DNA of 64,000 bases from Dendrobates tinctorius. Its lineage: Eukaryota. Made by a program: the position numbers and the translations under genes. Positions 25,601 to 38,168 of the stretch are shown here, piece by piece. Position 1 is the first letter of the stretch; every line of letters starts with the position of its first letter. The notes below the pieces were generated by a model. It saw only the letters and a program-made list of their open reading frames with translations. It had not been told where the DNA came from and did not search any database. The DNA is taken from contig NW_027361883.1 in the NCBI RefSeq assembly GCF_039654945.1, forward strand, positions 372,001 to 436,000. The letters are read 5' to 3'.

Positions 25601-28600
25601 AGAAGACTGTCTTCTCTATGAATTCCGTCTAGCTGGATGGCCGCTGTTTCACTGGCCCCTGCAGGATGGAAGACTGTCTTCTCTATGAATTCCCTCTAGC
25701 TGCATGGCCGCTGTTTCACTGGCCCCTGCATGATGGAAGACTGTCTTCTCTATGAATTCCCACTAGCTGGATGGCCGCTGTTTCACTGGCCCTTGCAGGA
25801 TGGAAGACTATCTTCTCTCTGAATTCGCTCTAGCTGCATGGCCGCTGTTTCACTGGCCCCTGCAGGATGGAAGACTGTCTTCTCTATGAATTCCCTCTAG
25901 CTGGATGGCCGCTGTTTCACTGGCCCCTGCAGGATGGAAGACTGTCTTCTCTATGAATTCCCTCTAGCTGCATGGCCGCTGTTTCACTGGCCCCTGCATG
26001 ATGGAAGACTGTCTTCTCTATGAATTCCCACTAGCTGGATGGCCGCTGTTTCACTGGCCCCTGCAGGATGGAAGACTATCTTCTCTCTGAATTCGCTCTA
26101 GCTGGATGGCTGCTGTTTCACTGGCCACTGCAGGATGGAAGACTGTCTTCTCTCTGAATTCCCACTAGCTGGATGGTCGCTGTTTCACAGGCCCCTGCAG
26201 GATGGAAGACTGTCTTCTCTCTGAATTCCCACTAGCTGGATGGCCGCTGTTTCACTGGCCCCTGCAGGATAGAAGACTGTCTTCTCTATGAATTCCGTCT
26301 AGCTGGATGGCCGCTGTTTCACTGGCCCCTGCAGGATGGAAGACTGTCTTCTCTATGAATTCCCTCTAGCTGCATGGCCGCTGTTTCACTGGCCCCTGCA
26401 TGATGGAAGACTGTCTTCTCTATGAATTCCCACTAGCTGGATGGCCGCTGTTTCACTGGCCCTTGCAGGATGGAAGACTATCTTCTCTCTGAATTCGCTC
26501 TAGCTGGATGGCTGCTGTTTCACTGGCCCCTGAAGGATGGAAGACTGTCTTCTCTATGAATTCCCTCTAGCTGGATGGCCGCTGTTTCACTGGCCCCTGC
26601 AGGATGGAAGACTGTCTTCTCTCTGAATTCCCTCTAGCTGGATGGCTGCTGTTTCACTGGCCCCTGCAGGATGGAAGACTGTCTTCTCTATGAATTCCTT
26701 CTAGCTGGATGGCCGCTGTTTCACTGGCCCCTGCAGGATGGAAGACTGTCTTCTCTCTGAATTCGCTCTAGCTGGATGGCCGCTGTTTCACTGGCCCCTG
26801 CAAGATGGAAGACTGTCTTCTCTATGAATTCCCTCTAGCTGGATGGCCGCTGTTTCACTGGCCCCTGCAGGATGGAAGACTGTCTTCTCTCTGAATTCCC
26901 TCTAGCTGGATGGCTGCTGTTTCACTGGCCCCTGCAGGATGGAAGACTGTCTTCTCTATGAATTCCTTCTAGCTGGATGGCCGCTGTTTCACTGGCCCCT
27001 GCAGGATGGAAGACTGTCTTCTCTCTGAATTCGCTCTAGCTGGATGGCCGCTGTTTCACTGGCCCCTGCAAGATGGAAGACTGTCTTCTCTCTGAATTCC
27101 CTCTAGCTGGAAGGCCGCTATTTCACTGGCCCCTGCAGGATGGAAGACTGTCTTCTGTATGAATTCCCTCTAGCTGCATGGCCGCTGTTTCACTGGCCCC
27201 TGCAGGATGGAAGACTGTCTTCTCTCTGAATTCCCTCTAGCTGCATGGCCACTGTTTCACTGGCCCCTGCAGGATGGAAGACTGTCTTCTCTCTGAATTC
27301 CCTCTAGCTGGATGGCTGCTGTTTCACTGGCCCCTGCAAGATGGAAGACTGTCTTCTCTCTGAATTCCCTCTAGCTGGAAGGCCGCTATTTCACTGGCCC
27401 CTGCAGGATGGAAGACTGTCTTCTCTCTGAATTCCCTCTAGCTGGATGGCTGCTGTTTCACTGGCCCCTGCAGGATGGAAGACTGTCTTCTCTATGAATT
27501 CCCTCTAGCTGCATGGCCGCTGTTTCACTAGCCCCTGCAGGATGTAAGACTGTCTTCTCTATGAATTCCCTCTAGCTGGATGGCCGCTGTTTCACTGGCC
27601 CCTGCAGGATGGAAGACTGTCTTCTCTATGAATTCCCACTAGCTGCATGGCCGCTGTTTCACTGGCCCCTGCAGGATGGAAGACTGTCTTCTCTATGAAT
27701 TCCCACTAGCTGGATGGCCGCTGTTTCACTGGCCCCTGCAGGATGGAAGACTGTCTTCTCTCTGAATTCCCCCTAGCTGGATGGCCGCTGTTTCACTGGC
27801 CCCTGCAGGATGGAAGACTGTCTTCTCTATGAATTCCCTCTAGCTTCATGGCCGCTGTTTCACTGGCCCCTGCAGGATGGAAGACTGTCTTCTCTCTGAA
27901 TTCCCTCTAGCTGCATGGCCGCTGTTTCACTGGCCCCTGCAGGATGGAAGACTCTTCTCTCTGAATTCCCTCTAGCTGCATGGCTGCTGTTTCACTGGCC
28001 CCTGCAGGATGGAAGACTGTCTTCTCTATGAATTCCCACTAGCTGGATGGCCGCTGTTTCACTGGCCCCTGCAGGATGGAAGACTGTCTTCTCTATGAAT
28101 TCCCTCTAGCTGCATGGCCGCTGTTTCACTGGCCCCTGCAGGATGGAAGACTGTCTTCTCTCTGAATTCCCTCTAGCTGCATGGCCGCTGTTTCACTGGC
28201 CCCTGCAGGATGGAAGACTCTTCTCTCTGAATTCCCTCTAGCTGCATGGCTGCTGTTTCACTGGCCCCTGCAGGATGGAAGACTGTCTTCTCTATGAATT
28301 CCCTCTAGCTGGATGGCCGCTGTTTCACAGGCCCCTGCAGGATGGAAGACTGTCTTCTCTATGAATTCCCTCTAGCTGCATGGCCGCTGTTTCACTGGCC
28401 CCTGCATGATGGAAGACTGTCTATTCTATGAATTCCCACTAGCTGGATGGCCGCTGTTTCACTGGCCCCTGCAGGATGGAAGACTGTCTTCTCTCTGAAT
28501 TCGCTCTAGCTGGATGGCTGCTGTTTCACTGGCCACTGCAGGATGGAAGACTGTCTTCTCTCTGAATTCCCACTAGCTGGATGGTCGCTGTTTCACAGGC

Positions 28601-29936
28601 CCCTGCAGGATGGAAGACTGTCTTCTCTCTGAATTCCCACTAGCTGGATGGCCGCTGTTTCACTGGCCCCTGCAGGATAGAAGACTGTCTTCTCTATGAA
28701 TTCCGTCTAGCTGGATGGCCGCTGTTTCACTGGCCCCTGCAGGATGGAAGACTGTCTTCTCTATGAATTCCCTCTAGCTGCATGGCCGCTGTTTCACTGG
28801 CCCCTGCATAATGGAAGACTGTCTTCTCTATGAATTCCCACTAGCTGGATGGCCGCTGTTTCACTGGCCCTTGCAGGATGGAAGACTATCTTCTCTCTGA
28901 ATTCGCTCTAGCTGGATGGCTGCTGTTTCACTGGCCCCTGAAGGATGGAAGACTGTCTTCTCTATGAATTCCCTCTAGCTGGATGGCCGCTGTTTCACTG
29001 GCCCCTGCAGGATGGAAGACTGTCTTCTCTCTGAATTCCCTCTAGCTGGATGGCTGCTGTTTCACTGGCCCCTGCAGGATGGAAGACTGTCTTCTCTATG
29101 AATTCCTTCTAGCTGGATGGCCGCTGTTTCACTGGCCCCTGCAGGATGGAAGACTGTCTTCTCTCTGAATTCACTCTAGCTGGATGGCCGCTGTTTCAGT
29201 GGCCCCTGCAGGATGGAAGACTGTCTTCTCTCTGAATTCCCTCTAGCTGGATGGCCACTGTTTCACTGGCCCCTGCAGGATGGAAGACTGTCTTCTCTCT
29301 GAATTCCCCCTAGCTGCATGGCCGCTGTTTCACTGGCCCCTGCAGGATGGAAGACTGTCTTCTCTCTGAATTCCCTCTAGCTGCATGGCCGCTGTTTCAC
29401 TGGCCCCTGCAGGATAGAAGACTGTCTTCTCTCTGAATTCCCACTAGCTGGATGGCCGCTGTTTCACTAGCCCCTGCAGGATGGAAGACTGTCTTCTCTC
29501 TGAATTCCCTCTAGCTGCATGGCCGCTGTTTCACTGGCCCCTGCAGGATGGAAGACTGTCTTCTCTCTGAATTCCCTCTAGCTGGATGGCCGCTGTTTCA
29601 GTGGCCCCTGCAGGATGGAAGACTGTCTTCTCTCTGAATTCCCTCAAGCTGCATGGCCGCTGTTTCACTGTCCCCTGCAGGATGGAAGACTGTCTTCTCT
29701 CTGAATTCCCTCTAGCTGGATGGCCGCTGTTTCACTGGCCCCTGCAGGATGGAAGACTGTCTTCTCTCTGAATTCCCACTAGCTGGATGGCCGCTGTTTC
29801 ACTGGCCCCTGCAGGATGGAAGACTGTCTTCTCTCTGAATTCCCTCAAGCTGCATGGCCGCTGTTTCACTGGCCCCTGCAGGATGGAAGACTGTCTTCTC
29901 TCTGAATTCCCTCTAGCTGGATGGCCGCTGTTTCAC
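22615..29936. repeat. 67-bp satellite (~109 copies) in the BEL 5' leader
   Basis: Unit GCTGGATGGCCGCTGTTTCACTGGCCCCTGCAGGATGGAAGACTGTCTTCTCTCTGAATTCCCTCTA. It contains EcoRI and PstI sites and a GAAGAC-T-GTCTTC dyad. Confidence 0.98.
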
Positions 29937-31184
29937 TGTTCTGTCCTCACCAAATGAATATAATGCAATAGCAAAGGTATATACCAGCATCCTGTATTTG
30001 ACAGTGCAACAACAGGTGCTGTAAATCAAGGACACAATAAAGGATCAGTCGCTGTAAATCATAAGAAGGGGGTGCTAATATGTGTTCCCCTGTAGGGTGG
30101 GTTATGTGTCTCCCTGGTATGACGGGCTCTCACCGGCTATAATCCTTATTTTGGAGATATTAGCATTAATTGGCCACATTTATGTTTTGGTCACACTATT
30201 TAAATGATTATAGGTATATATGATGTTATGGACTTATACAGACACATGTCTGTTATAATGTAGATTTTTGATGTGTCGGTGAGAGCAGGTCATATATTTG
30301 ATTTGCTGATGACTAAGTATGCAACTTTCATTGTATTTTTGCAATACTATTCTGGAGATTATAATAAGATATCCTTTGCCTCTAGATTATTATGTTAGTG
30401 ATACCAGATATCCAAATATAGTTGTTTTGGCCGTGGTTAGTCTTGCGTGTCCTCTAGCACTGCTGCACTTTGTTTGCTCCATTGCACATGCCCCCATTTG
30501 TCTCCCGTTTGTTTGTCCTTTCCCTAATAAAGAGATATAACCTTTGCTAATATTGGATTTTTGGTCGTACTTTTGTGGTTTCCACATCCCCTTCCTCACT
30601 AAATGAAGCAGAATTCATGTAGCTTATACAGGCAGCTAAACCGCTATACCAAGGTCCAATAAGGAGACTGTAGGTTGAATCTGTGCTTTATTGAACGTGA
30701 TGGTATATTGGCGCGGTGAAACTACAAGCAAACATATAAATACACTCAGTCAATACAGGGTACATCAGTAATCCATATATACATAATATATTATAAATCA
30801 ACATCAGCACTAATAGCTAACCAGGGGAGAACTAACTAAGCAGGCTAATATGAGACAGGAATTAGATGTGGGAAGCATAAATACATACCAGCGATGCTAT
30901 CACAAGAGGAGAAAAGAAATGAGATGCTTCCTGAGTGCAGGCTGAAGGAAAATGGTGGACTGGAGGGAAATGGGGGCTGAACTAACCATTATCCTTTGCA
31001 AAGGCTACCAGGATGCATTGCAACCATAACATAATGCACTGCAGCAGAGGGAAATAGGAAAGTGAAAGCAAAACACAATAACACTGCGGTTATGACTCTG
31101 GTCACTAGATGGAGCCAAAAAACCACTGAAAACATTAACAAGCAGATAATCGAGGATTATAAATCAGATGTTGGAGACAGAACA
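29937..31184 (-). repeat. BEL 5' LTR (contains a ~635-bp insertion)
   Basis: Inverted termini TGTTCTGTC...GACAGAACA; minus-strand AATAAA at ~30690. Confidence 0.85.
29959..30592. mobile_element. Unclassified insertion flanked by a 15-bp direct repeat
   Basis: TCCTCACCAAATGAA (29944-29958) and TCCTCACTAAATGAA (30593-30607); internal inverted repeats; AATAAA near the right end. Confidence 0.55.
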
Positions 31185-32451
31185 GTGGCAGTTAAGGTTA
31201 CTTATTCCTCAGCACCGTTTTTTAACGGCGCTGATAAATAAGTGTATAGCACCCCCCAGAGTCAAAATTTCTCCGGGGTCTCTGTAATGATAATGTAAGA
31301 TATGACTTCTCTGGAACATTCCAGAATCTTCCATTCTCTACACTACAGATGAGACTTTTTCCTGTCAGCCCCTGCGACCCCCCCTCCTCCCCCACAGCTC
31401 ACACACACCAGTGTCACACTGTGCAGCTCTGTGTAATCTGAGATCCCAGTGCGGGTTCTCCCTCCTCCCTCCCCTCAGCTCACACACAAAGCCAGGAATG
31501 GATTTCTTTTGTTTGAAGCAACATGTGCTTGGATAAGTATGGGAAATATTAAAGAGGCCGGATCTCGGAAACAATACGCGACAGAGAGATGAAAATTACA
31601 TATTGGTAACATGCACCGATCGGGCTTCACTACAGTGGTTCTTGCTAAATCCTAGTATCGACAGAACCAGAGAAATGGAGTTCTCCTATACAGAGTGGAA
31701 TAAACAGCTAGTGTTTGATGTCATTACAAAGCTAATTTCAGTATAAGATGAATGATGGTTCTGCCGATACTCTGCTAGGTTCTCAAGCCCAGATATGATG
31801 GTTATAAGTTTTCAGGACCCACATCTGTACTTTGAGCAGGGGGAGGACCATCACCAGACAGCCCCTTTTGTGATGTCACTAGCCCAAAGTTATAAGGTAT
31901 TTCCCCCTAAACCTTGATTCATTCAAGCTGGAGATTCCATGCCAAAAGGAACTCAGATGAGTGGATACGTTTGGCTCCGCCTTCTCCCCACATGGTAGCC
32001 TAAGACCATCCAAGCAAATGTAGGTGTTGATTTCTGCCCCCCAAGATCTGCTGCCCGGCACCAGGCAACAATATGAAATTTTTCCTATTGGTTCATTTTG
32101 ATCACTGTGATAGACCCTATAACAGTGATCAAAATAAAAACAATAGTAAATCAAACCACCCTTTATCACCCCCTTAGATAAAAATTATAAAATAAAAAAA
32201 TGTATTTATTTCCATTTTTCCATTAGGGTTAGAGTTGACAATTCTTTTGCTTTCCCCATGACTCACAATCCAGAAATATCAGTGGCTGGATGAAAGATGC
32301 AAGAGTATGTCTGGATCCCAGAAACTCACTCAGCATTTATGCACACACACTGATTACAAGTAAGCAGGTCACAGGTGGGGATGTTAACTTTAGTAGTCAT
32401 TCAAACCCATTTGTGTCAACTTCGGTGCATGTTATCAGGCCAAAATCACCA

Positions 32452-32659
32452 GGGTATGTGAACTTTTGATCAGGGTCATTTGGATGTTTTGGGTTGTCAT
32501 TATGATTTAAAAAGAGAAAACACAGTAGTTTGACAATGGCTTCACCCAACCACTAACCATGAGTGGAGAAAAAGTTTTGGTGATATCATACACATTCTCT
32601 AAAAAAAGGCCAAGAAAGTAAAAATTCTGCCGGGGTATGTAAACTTTTGAGAATAACTG
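32452..32659 (+). mobile_element. Tc1/mariner right terminal inverted repeat (IR/DR type)
   Basis: Direct repeats GGGTATGT(G/A)AACTTTTGA near both ends; terminates ...AACTG followed by TA. Confidence 0.8.
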
Positions 32660-32699
32660 TATTTTTTTATGTTTGGTATTTTCTGTTTCCCATGTTCAT

Positions 32700-32930
32700 A
32701 TTACCTTGTTAGTCTGGTTTGTGTATTACGATACACTACTACTCCCCTCTTCCCTGGGTGGGGGAAGTGTACAGACTGAGGGCGGATTCAGGAGTTAAGG
32801 TAAGGTACATGGCCCCGGCATCTTCACCATCAGAAGTAATCTGGGGAACAGGGTGAGCTATGGTGACCCTAGCGTTAGGGGCAGGAAAGGAGCCCTTGGT
32901 CCCGGTACACCCGACAACAGAGTTGTCACA
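32700..32930 (+). repeat. Probable 3' part of an LTR
   Basis: Ends ...GTTGTCACA exactly where the neighbouring Gypsy RNase H sequence is cut. Left boundary unclear. Confidence 0.45.
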
Positions 32931-33974
32931 CATAGACAAATACCTTCTCCTTACCATCTTGGACTTGTGCAAGGACAGCACCTAGCCCTTTCTTGCTAGC
33001 GTTGGTATAAAATTGAAATGGACAGTTGTACTCAGGGTATGCCAGGATAGGAGCCTCTGTTAAAATTTTCTTCGATTGATTGAACGAGACATCTAGTTCC
33101 TCAGTCCAGGGGAGCAATAAACTCCTCCCTGTCTGGCATGCAGAATGACCTCTCAACAGCTCTTGCAGGGTTACAGCAGTTGTTACGGCTATAACGGTGT
33201 TACTAGTACGACAGAGGAGAGAAAAGGTACTCAAAAGTGGACCGTCTGGGTCACAGCTCCAGAACCCCCGAGGGCGAGCGCCCAGGTGAAGACCACCCCC
33301 TATACAGGGAGCATTAGGGACAGACCCCCAGGGGATAGAACCGCGACAGCTGGAACCAAAGGGGCAACTGGGCAAATAGACGGGTAAGAAGGCACAGAAG
33401 TATCCGTAGAGTAGGTACCGAGACACACAGGGACCTAGCGAGGCACCGGACTGGAGAGCCAGGGGTAACAAGGCTGGAGGCTGCAATTAGAGAAGGAGCA
33501 CAAAGAAGTATAAGGCGAGAGGGAACGAAACAACAGGGAGGTGCGGAGAGGAACTAGATGGAGGTGGAAACGGACAGAGGAGTTCACAAAGTACGGGAGG
33601 CAAGGAACCCAGAGCACAGAGGACAAGGACAGAGGCTGCGCAGGAAGGACAGCTGTGAGGTACATGGAGGTGAACACAGAGCAGACAGACTCACAGGGAA
33701 AGGGGCCTGAGGACACATCGAACACCGCAAGAGGCAGAGTCACCGTATTTGATAATCAGGCGTCTTACCTGTCCCGACGCCAAACATATGTAGCGGTGGG
33801 CGCCGCCATGTTGGGGGCGGGGCCAGCATTTCACTCTACCCAGGGGGCTGTGCGCCAGGAGTAAGGCTGTGAGCGGGTGCCCGACGCCGCGGGAGCCGGA
33901 GGCCGGGCGCGGGGACGCGCTGCAGAACAGGAGCGTGCCGGGTGGAGCGCGCCGAGAGGTGAGAGGCCGTGACA

Positions 33975-36900
33975 GTACCCCCCCTTTACGCCCCCTCCTC
34001 CTAACATTGGAGAGAAACCGTCTCATAATGCGCGGAGCATCAATATTCTCCTGGGGCTCCCATGATCTCTCCTCGGGACCAAAACCCTTCCAATCAATCA
34101 AAAATAGATTCTTTCCTCTAACAGTCTTCATAGCCAAAATATCCCGTACCTCAAAGGTGTTATCAGAGCTACATGGTTGGGAGGTTTGGGAGGGTGCAGA
34201 GTGGAAGTGATTAAACACTGCCGGTTTAAGGAGAGATACATGGAAAGAGTTGGGAATCTTTAGTGAGGCGGGTAATCTCAACTTGTAGGCCACGTCGTTG
34301 ATGCGACTTAAGACCTCAAAGGGACCAATGTAACGTGGACCTAACTTGTAGGAGGGGATTTTCAACCTAATATGCCGGGAAGCTAGCCATTCTGAGGCTG
34401 GCCCTCTCAAGAGCTACCTTGGTCTCCCTCCAAATCTGAGAGAAGTCCACAGACAAGGAATCTGCTGCCGGCACACCCAAGGTAGGGGATACGGGAAGAG
34501 GAATGCCGGGGTGTTGACCAAAAACCACAAAAAAGGGAGATTTGGTAGAAGCTTCACTTGGATGATTGTTGTAGGCGAATTCCGCCCAAGGAAGAAGAGA
34601 GGCCCAGTCGTCTTGATGAGCATTGGAAAAATGCCGAAGATAAGATGTTAGCGCTTGGTTGACTCGCTCAACTTGGCCATTCGACTGGGGGTGATAGGCT
34701 GAGGAGAAATCCAAGGTTATCTTCAGCAATCCGCAGAGAGCTCGCCAAAAACGGGAGGTAAACTGAACCCCTCGATCCGAGACAATATGCTGAGGGAAGC
34801 CATGGAGGCGAAAAACGTGACGCAGAAAGATCTTCGCCAACTCGAGAGCGGTAGGCAAACCTGGCAGAGCGATGAAGTGGGCCATCTTGGAAAATCGATC
34901 CATGAACACTAGTATCACTGTACATTTAGAAGAGGGAGGCAAATCCGTGACGAAATCCATGGCAATATGGGTCCAGGGGTTTGCAGGTACTGGTAATGGA
35001 TGCAGGAGTCCCGAAGGAGGATGTCGAGGAACCTTGTTCGGGGCACAAGAAGGACAGGAGGCGATGAAATCATGAACATCCCTGCAAAAAGAAGGCCACC
35101 AGTAATAACAGGAGACAAGCGAGAGAGTCTTTTTAACTCCAGCATGTCCGGAAAACTTTGATGAGTGGCTCCAGCGGAGAACCTTTGATCTATCTCCACT
35201 CTGAACAAAGGTCTTACCAGATGGTGGGGAGACCAGGCTTAATGGGGCCATGGTAAGGATCTTGGCTGGGTCGTTGAGATGGATTGGACCCTCCTCCTTG
35301 TCGACAGACAGGAATGACCGTGAAAGGGCATCCACCTTGATGTTCTTCTCCCCAGGTCGGAAGTGGAGTTCGAAGTCAAATCTTTCAAAAAAGAGTGACC
35401 ATCTGGCTTGCCGTGGGTTGAGTCTTTGGGCGGACCGAAGGTAGGCCAAATTTTTGTGATCCGTAAAAATGATGAACGGATGGAGGGCCCCCTCGAGAAG
35501 ATGGCGCCATTCTTCAAGAGCCATTTTTATGGCCAAGAGTTCTCTATCTCCCACGGCATAGTTACGTTCAGGAGCGGAAAAACTTTGGAAAAGAACCCGC
35601 AGGTGAGAGTGCGACCCGAGAAGGACTTTTGCAGAAGGACTTCTCCTACTGAAGATGCGTCGACTTCGAGGATGAATGGCCTACCGGCGTCTGCGCGATG
35701 GAGTACAGGAGACTTAGCGAATTCTTGCTTCAGGGCCTCAAAGGCAGCCTCTGCATCAGAGGGCCAATGAATGGGATCGGCTCCTTTGCGGACAAGAGCT
35801 GAGATGGGTTTAGTCAAGGAGGAAAAATGAGGGACAAATTGCCTGTAATAATTGGCAAAACCCAAAAACTGTTGAATGGCCTTGACTCCGAGAGGACGAG
35901 GCCACTTGAGAACTGCCAAGACTTTTTCAGGATCCATCTCTAATCCCGAGCTCAAGACGATGTAACCAAGAAAGGGCAATGAAGTTTGCTCAAAGAGGCA
36001 TTTCTACAACTTGGCAAAAAGGTGGTTCTCTCTGAGACGTTGGAGGACTTGGCGAACATCTCGTCGATGTGTGGTCAGATCGGAGGAGAAGACCAAGATG
36101 TCGTCTAGGTAGACTACGACACAAAAGTAGAGGAGATCTCGAAAAACATCATTAACGAGTTCTTGAAATACTGCAGGTGCGTTGCAGAGCCCAAAGGGCA
36201 TAACCAAATACTCATAGTGTCCATCTCGCGTGTTAAACGCAGTCTTCAACTCGTCCCCGGAGCGTATGCGAACTAGATTATAGGCCCCTCGTAGATAAAG
36301 TTTAGTAAACACATGTGCCCCCTTCAAACGATCAAAAAGCTCGGAGATGAGTGGCAGTGGATACTTATTCTTCACCGTGATTTGATTCAAGCCACGATAA
36401 TCGATGCACGGGCACAGTGATCCATCTTTCTTCTTTACAAAAAAGAAGCCTGCTCCTGCAGGGGACAAAGATTTCCGAATGAAGCCTCTGGCCAAGTTGT
36501 CTTGGATGTATTCAGACTTCGCTTGGGTCTCTGCCGAGGAGAGAGGATAAATTCTTCCACGAGGCGGTTTGGTACCAGGGATGAGCTCAATGGGGCATTC
36601 GTAGGGACGGTGCGGAGGAAGAGTCTCAGCCTCTTTCTTATCAAAAACATCCAAAAATCATGGTACACTGACGGCAATCCATGGGGAACAAGGGGAGAAC
36701 GAGGGGTACCTATGGAGCGCACCGACAGCAGACACCGAGTCTGACACGACTCCCCCCAGCGCAAGACGTTACTGCTATGCCAGTCTAAAGTGGGCTCGTG
36801 GAGCCGCAGCCAGGGAAGACCAAGCAGGATAGGATGAGAAATACCTGCTAAGACGTAAAATGTAATTTTCTCCTTGTGCAGAACCCCTACTTGCAACTCC

Positions 36901-37170
36901 ACCTCATGAGTAACTAGCGTGACTGTCTCTAGCAGGGGTCGACCATCTATGGAAGCGAGAACTTGAGGTTTTTGCAAGGGCCTCACGGGAACAGAAAGTT
37001 TTTTAACCTCCTCTAACCTAATAAAATTTCCCTGCGGCACCCGAATCCACATAGGCCACCAGAGAAGCCCGCTTACCACCAACATGCAAGAGGACAGACA
37101 AAGTGAGAGGGAGAGAGGTATCACATACACCTAGGGAGGCCTCTCTTACCTGACCTAGGCGGAGAAGTTT
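33975..37170 (-). pseudogene. Chromovirus pol (disrupted)
   Basis: Protease AYVDSGAAG ~37045, RT YLDD, RNase H EVDAS, integrase HHCC and D,D-E motifs, GPF, chromodomain FEVRDIL...LIDWKGFGPEERSWEP. Several frameshifts, a stop at ~36004 and a deletion at ~34400. Confidence 0.93.
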
Positions 37171-38168
37171 TCCGGACGTTCCGGACAGGTTCGGATGAGA
37201 TGGGCACTGCTACCGCAGTTGAAACACTGACCGCGGAGGCTCCTCTCCTTGCGACGCTGATCAGAGAGCTTCAGGCGGTCCACCTGCATGGGTTCAGGTG
37301 CCGGAGAGGAAGGAAGACTCCTAGGTTGAGGACTGAGTGGTCTGCGGACAGAAGAAAATGGACGCGAGACCCTTCTCTCCCTAGCCCGCTCTTGAAACCG
37401 GAGATCAATCCGCGTGGCTAGAGAGATCAGATCCTCTAGGGCTGTTGGGGTATCGTGCCCAGCGAGCTCATCCTTTATGCGACTCGAAAGGCCTCGCCAA
37501 AAGGCGCCCACCAAAGCCTCGTTATTCCAACCTAAGTCGGAGGAGAGGGTCCTAAACTGGATAGCATACTGACCCACAGTAAGAGAACCTTGACACAAGT
37601 TAAACAAAGCTTCAGTGGTAGAGGCTAGACGGCCCGGTTCATCAAAAACCCGATGGAAGGTATCAAGGAAAACGGAAAGCTGGGTAACTACCGGGTCATC
37701 ACGCTCCCAGAGAGGATTGACCCAAGCCAAAGCGTCCCCCTCCAGGTGAGAAATGATGAAGGCCACTTTGGCTCGGTCTGTGGGGTACTGCTGGGGTAGC
37801 AATTCAAAATGGAGGTGGCACTGATTATTAAAACTCCGGCACAATTTGGCGTCCCCGCTATACCGGGGAGGTTTGGCTAACCGCGGAGGAGGATGGGGAC
37901 CTGCAGCAGGAGGAGCAGACGCGGCCGAGTGCAGAGCGAGCAGCCGACCGTCCACCGAAGCCATGTAGCTGAGGATATGTGACTGGGTGTCTCGCTGCTG
38001 AGCCAATTCCTGTTGTAAGACCGCCAACTGGGCAGCGTTACCCGGGTCAAAGGACTGGAGAGCGGAGAGACGCGAGTCCATAGTTTTCATAAAGGACATC
38101 ATGCGCGTCTGGTTCTCCCGAAGGAAAACCAACTCTTTTTGGGCTGCCGAGGCTCCAGCGGGGTCCAT
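37155..38168 (-). CDS. Retrotransposon Gag (sushi/PEG10/RTL1-like), open 337 aa
   Basis: PPRYSGD...FELLPQQYPTDRAKVAFIISHLEGDALAW, YAIQFRTL, PEPMQVD and CCHC knuckle CFNCGSSAHLIRTC. Confidence 0.88.
   Translation of the reverse strand: MDPAGASAAQKELVFLRENQTRMMSFMKTMDSRLSALQSFDPGNAAQLAVLQQELAQQRDTQSHILSYMASVDGRLLALHSAASAPPAAGPHPPPRLAKPPRYSGDAKLCRSFNNQCHLHFELLPQQYPTDRAKVAFIISHLEGDALAWVNPLWERDDPVVTQLSVFLDTFHRVFDEPGRLASTTEALFNLCQGSLTVGQYAIQFRTLSSDLGWNNEALVGAFWRGLSSRIKDELAGHDTPTALEDLISLATRIDLRFQERARERRVSRPFSSVRRPLSPQPRSLPSSPAPEPMQVDRLKLSDQRRKERSLRGQCFNCGSSAHLIRTCPERPENFSA

Larger units (their letters stand above)
19418..31184 (-). mobile_element. BEL/Pao LTR retrotransposon, 3'-truncated within RT
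   Basis: 5' LTR 29937-31184; gag with Cys/His knuckles (CYNCCSTTTHLAKDC, CTECGTTDHNTALH); protease YAFLDDQSN; RT N-terminal part (FGVYHPTKPGQIRVVFESSA, SLNDVLLTGPDLNN, EYRMRVHIFGNSPSPAVA). Ends against the 36-bp array. Confidence 0.93.

Noticed and set aside
22615-29936. CRISPR-like regular array
   Set aside because: Head-to-tail monomers without unique spacers, no cas genes, eukaryotic context.
30306-30330. CTGATGA as a hammerhead core (also at ~3102)
   Set aside because: No helix II followed by GAAA in the required arrangement.
37155-38168. Domesticated PEG10/RTL1-like host gene
   Set aside because: Lies inside an LTR-bounded element with a TSD and a decayed pol.
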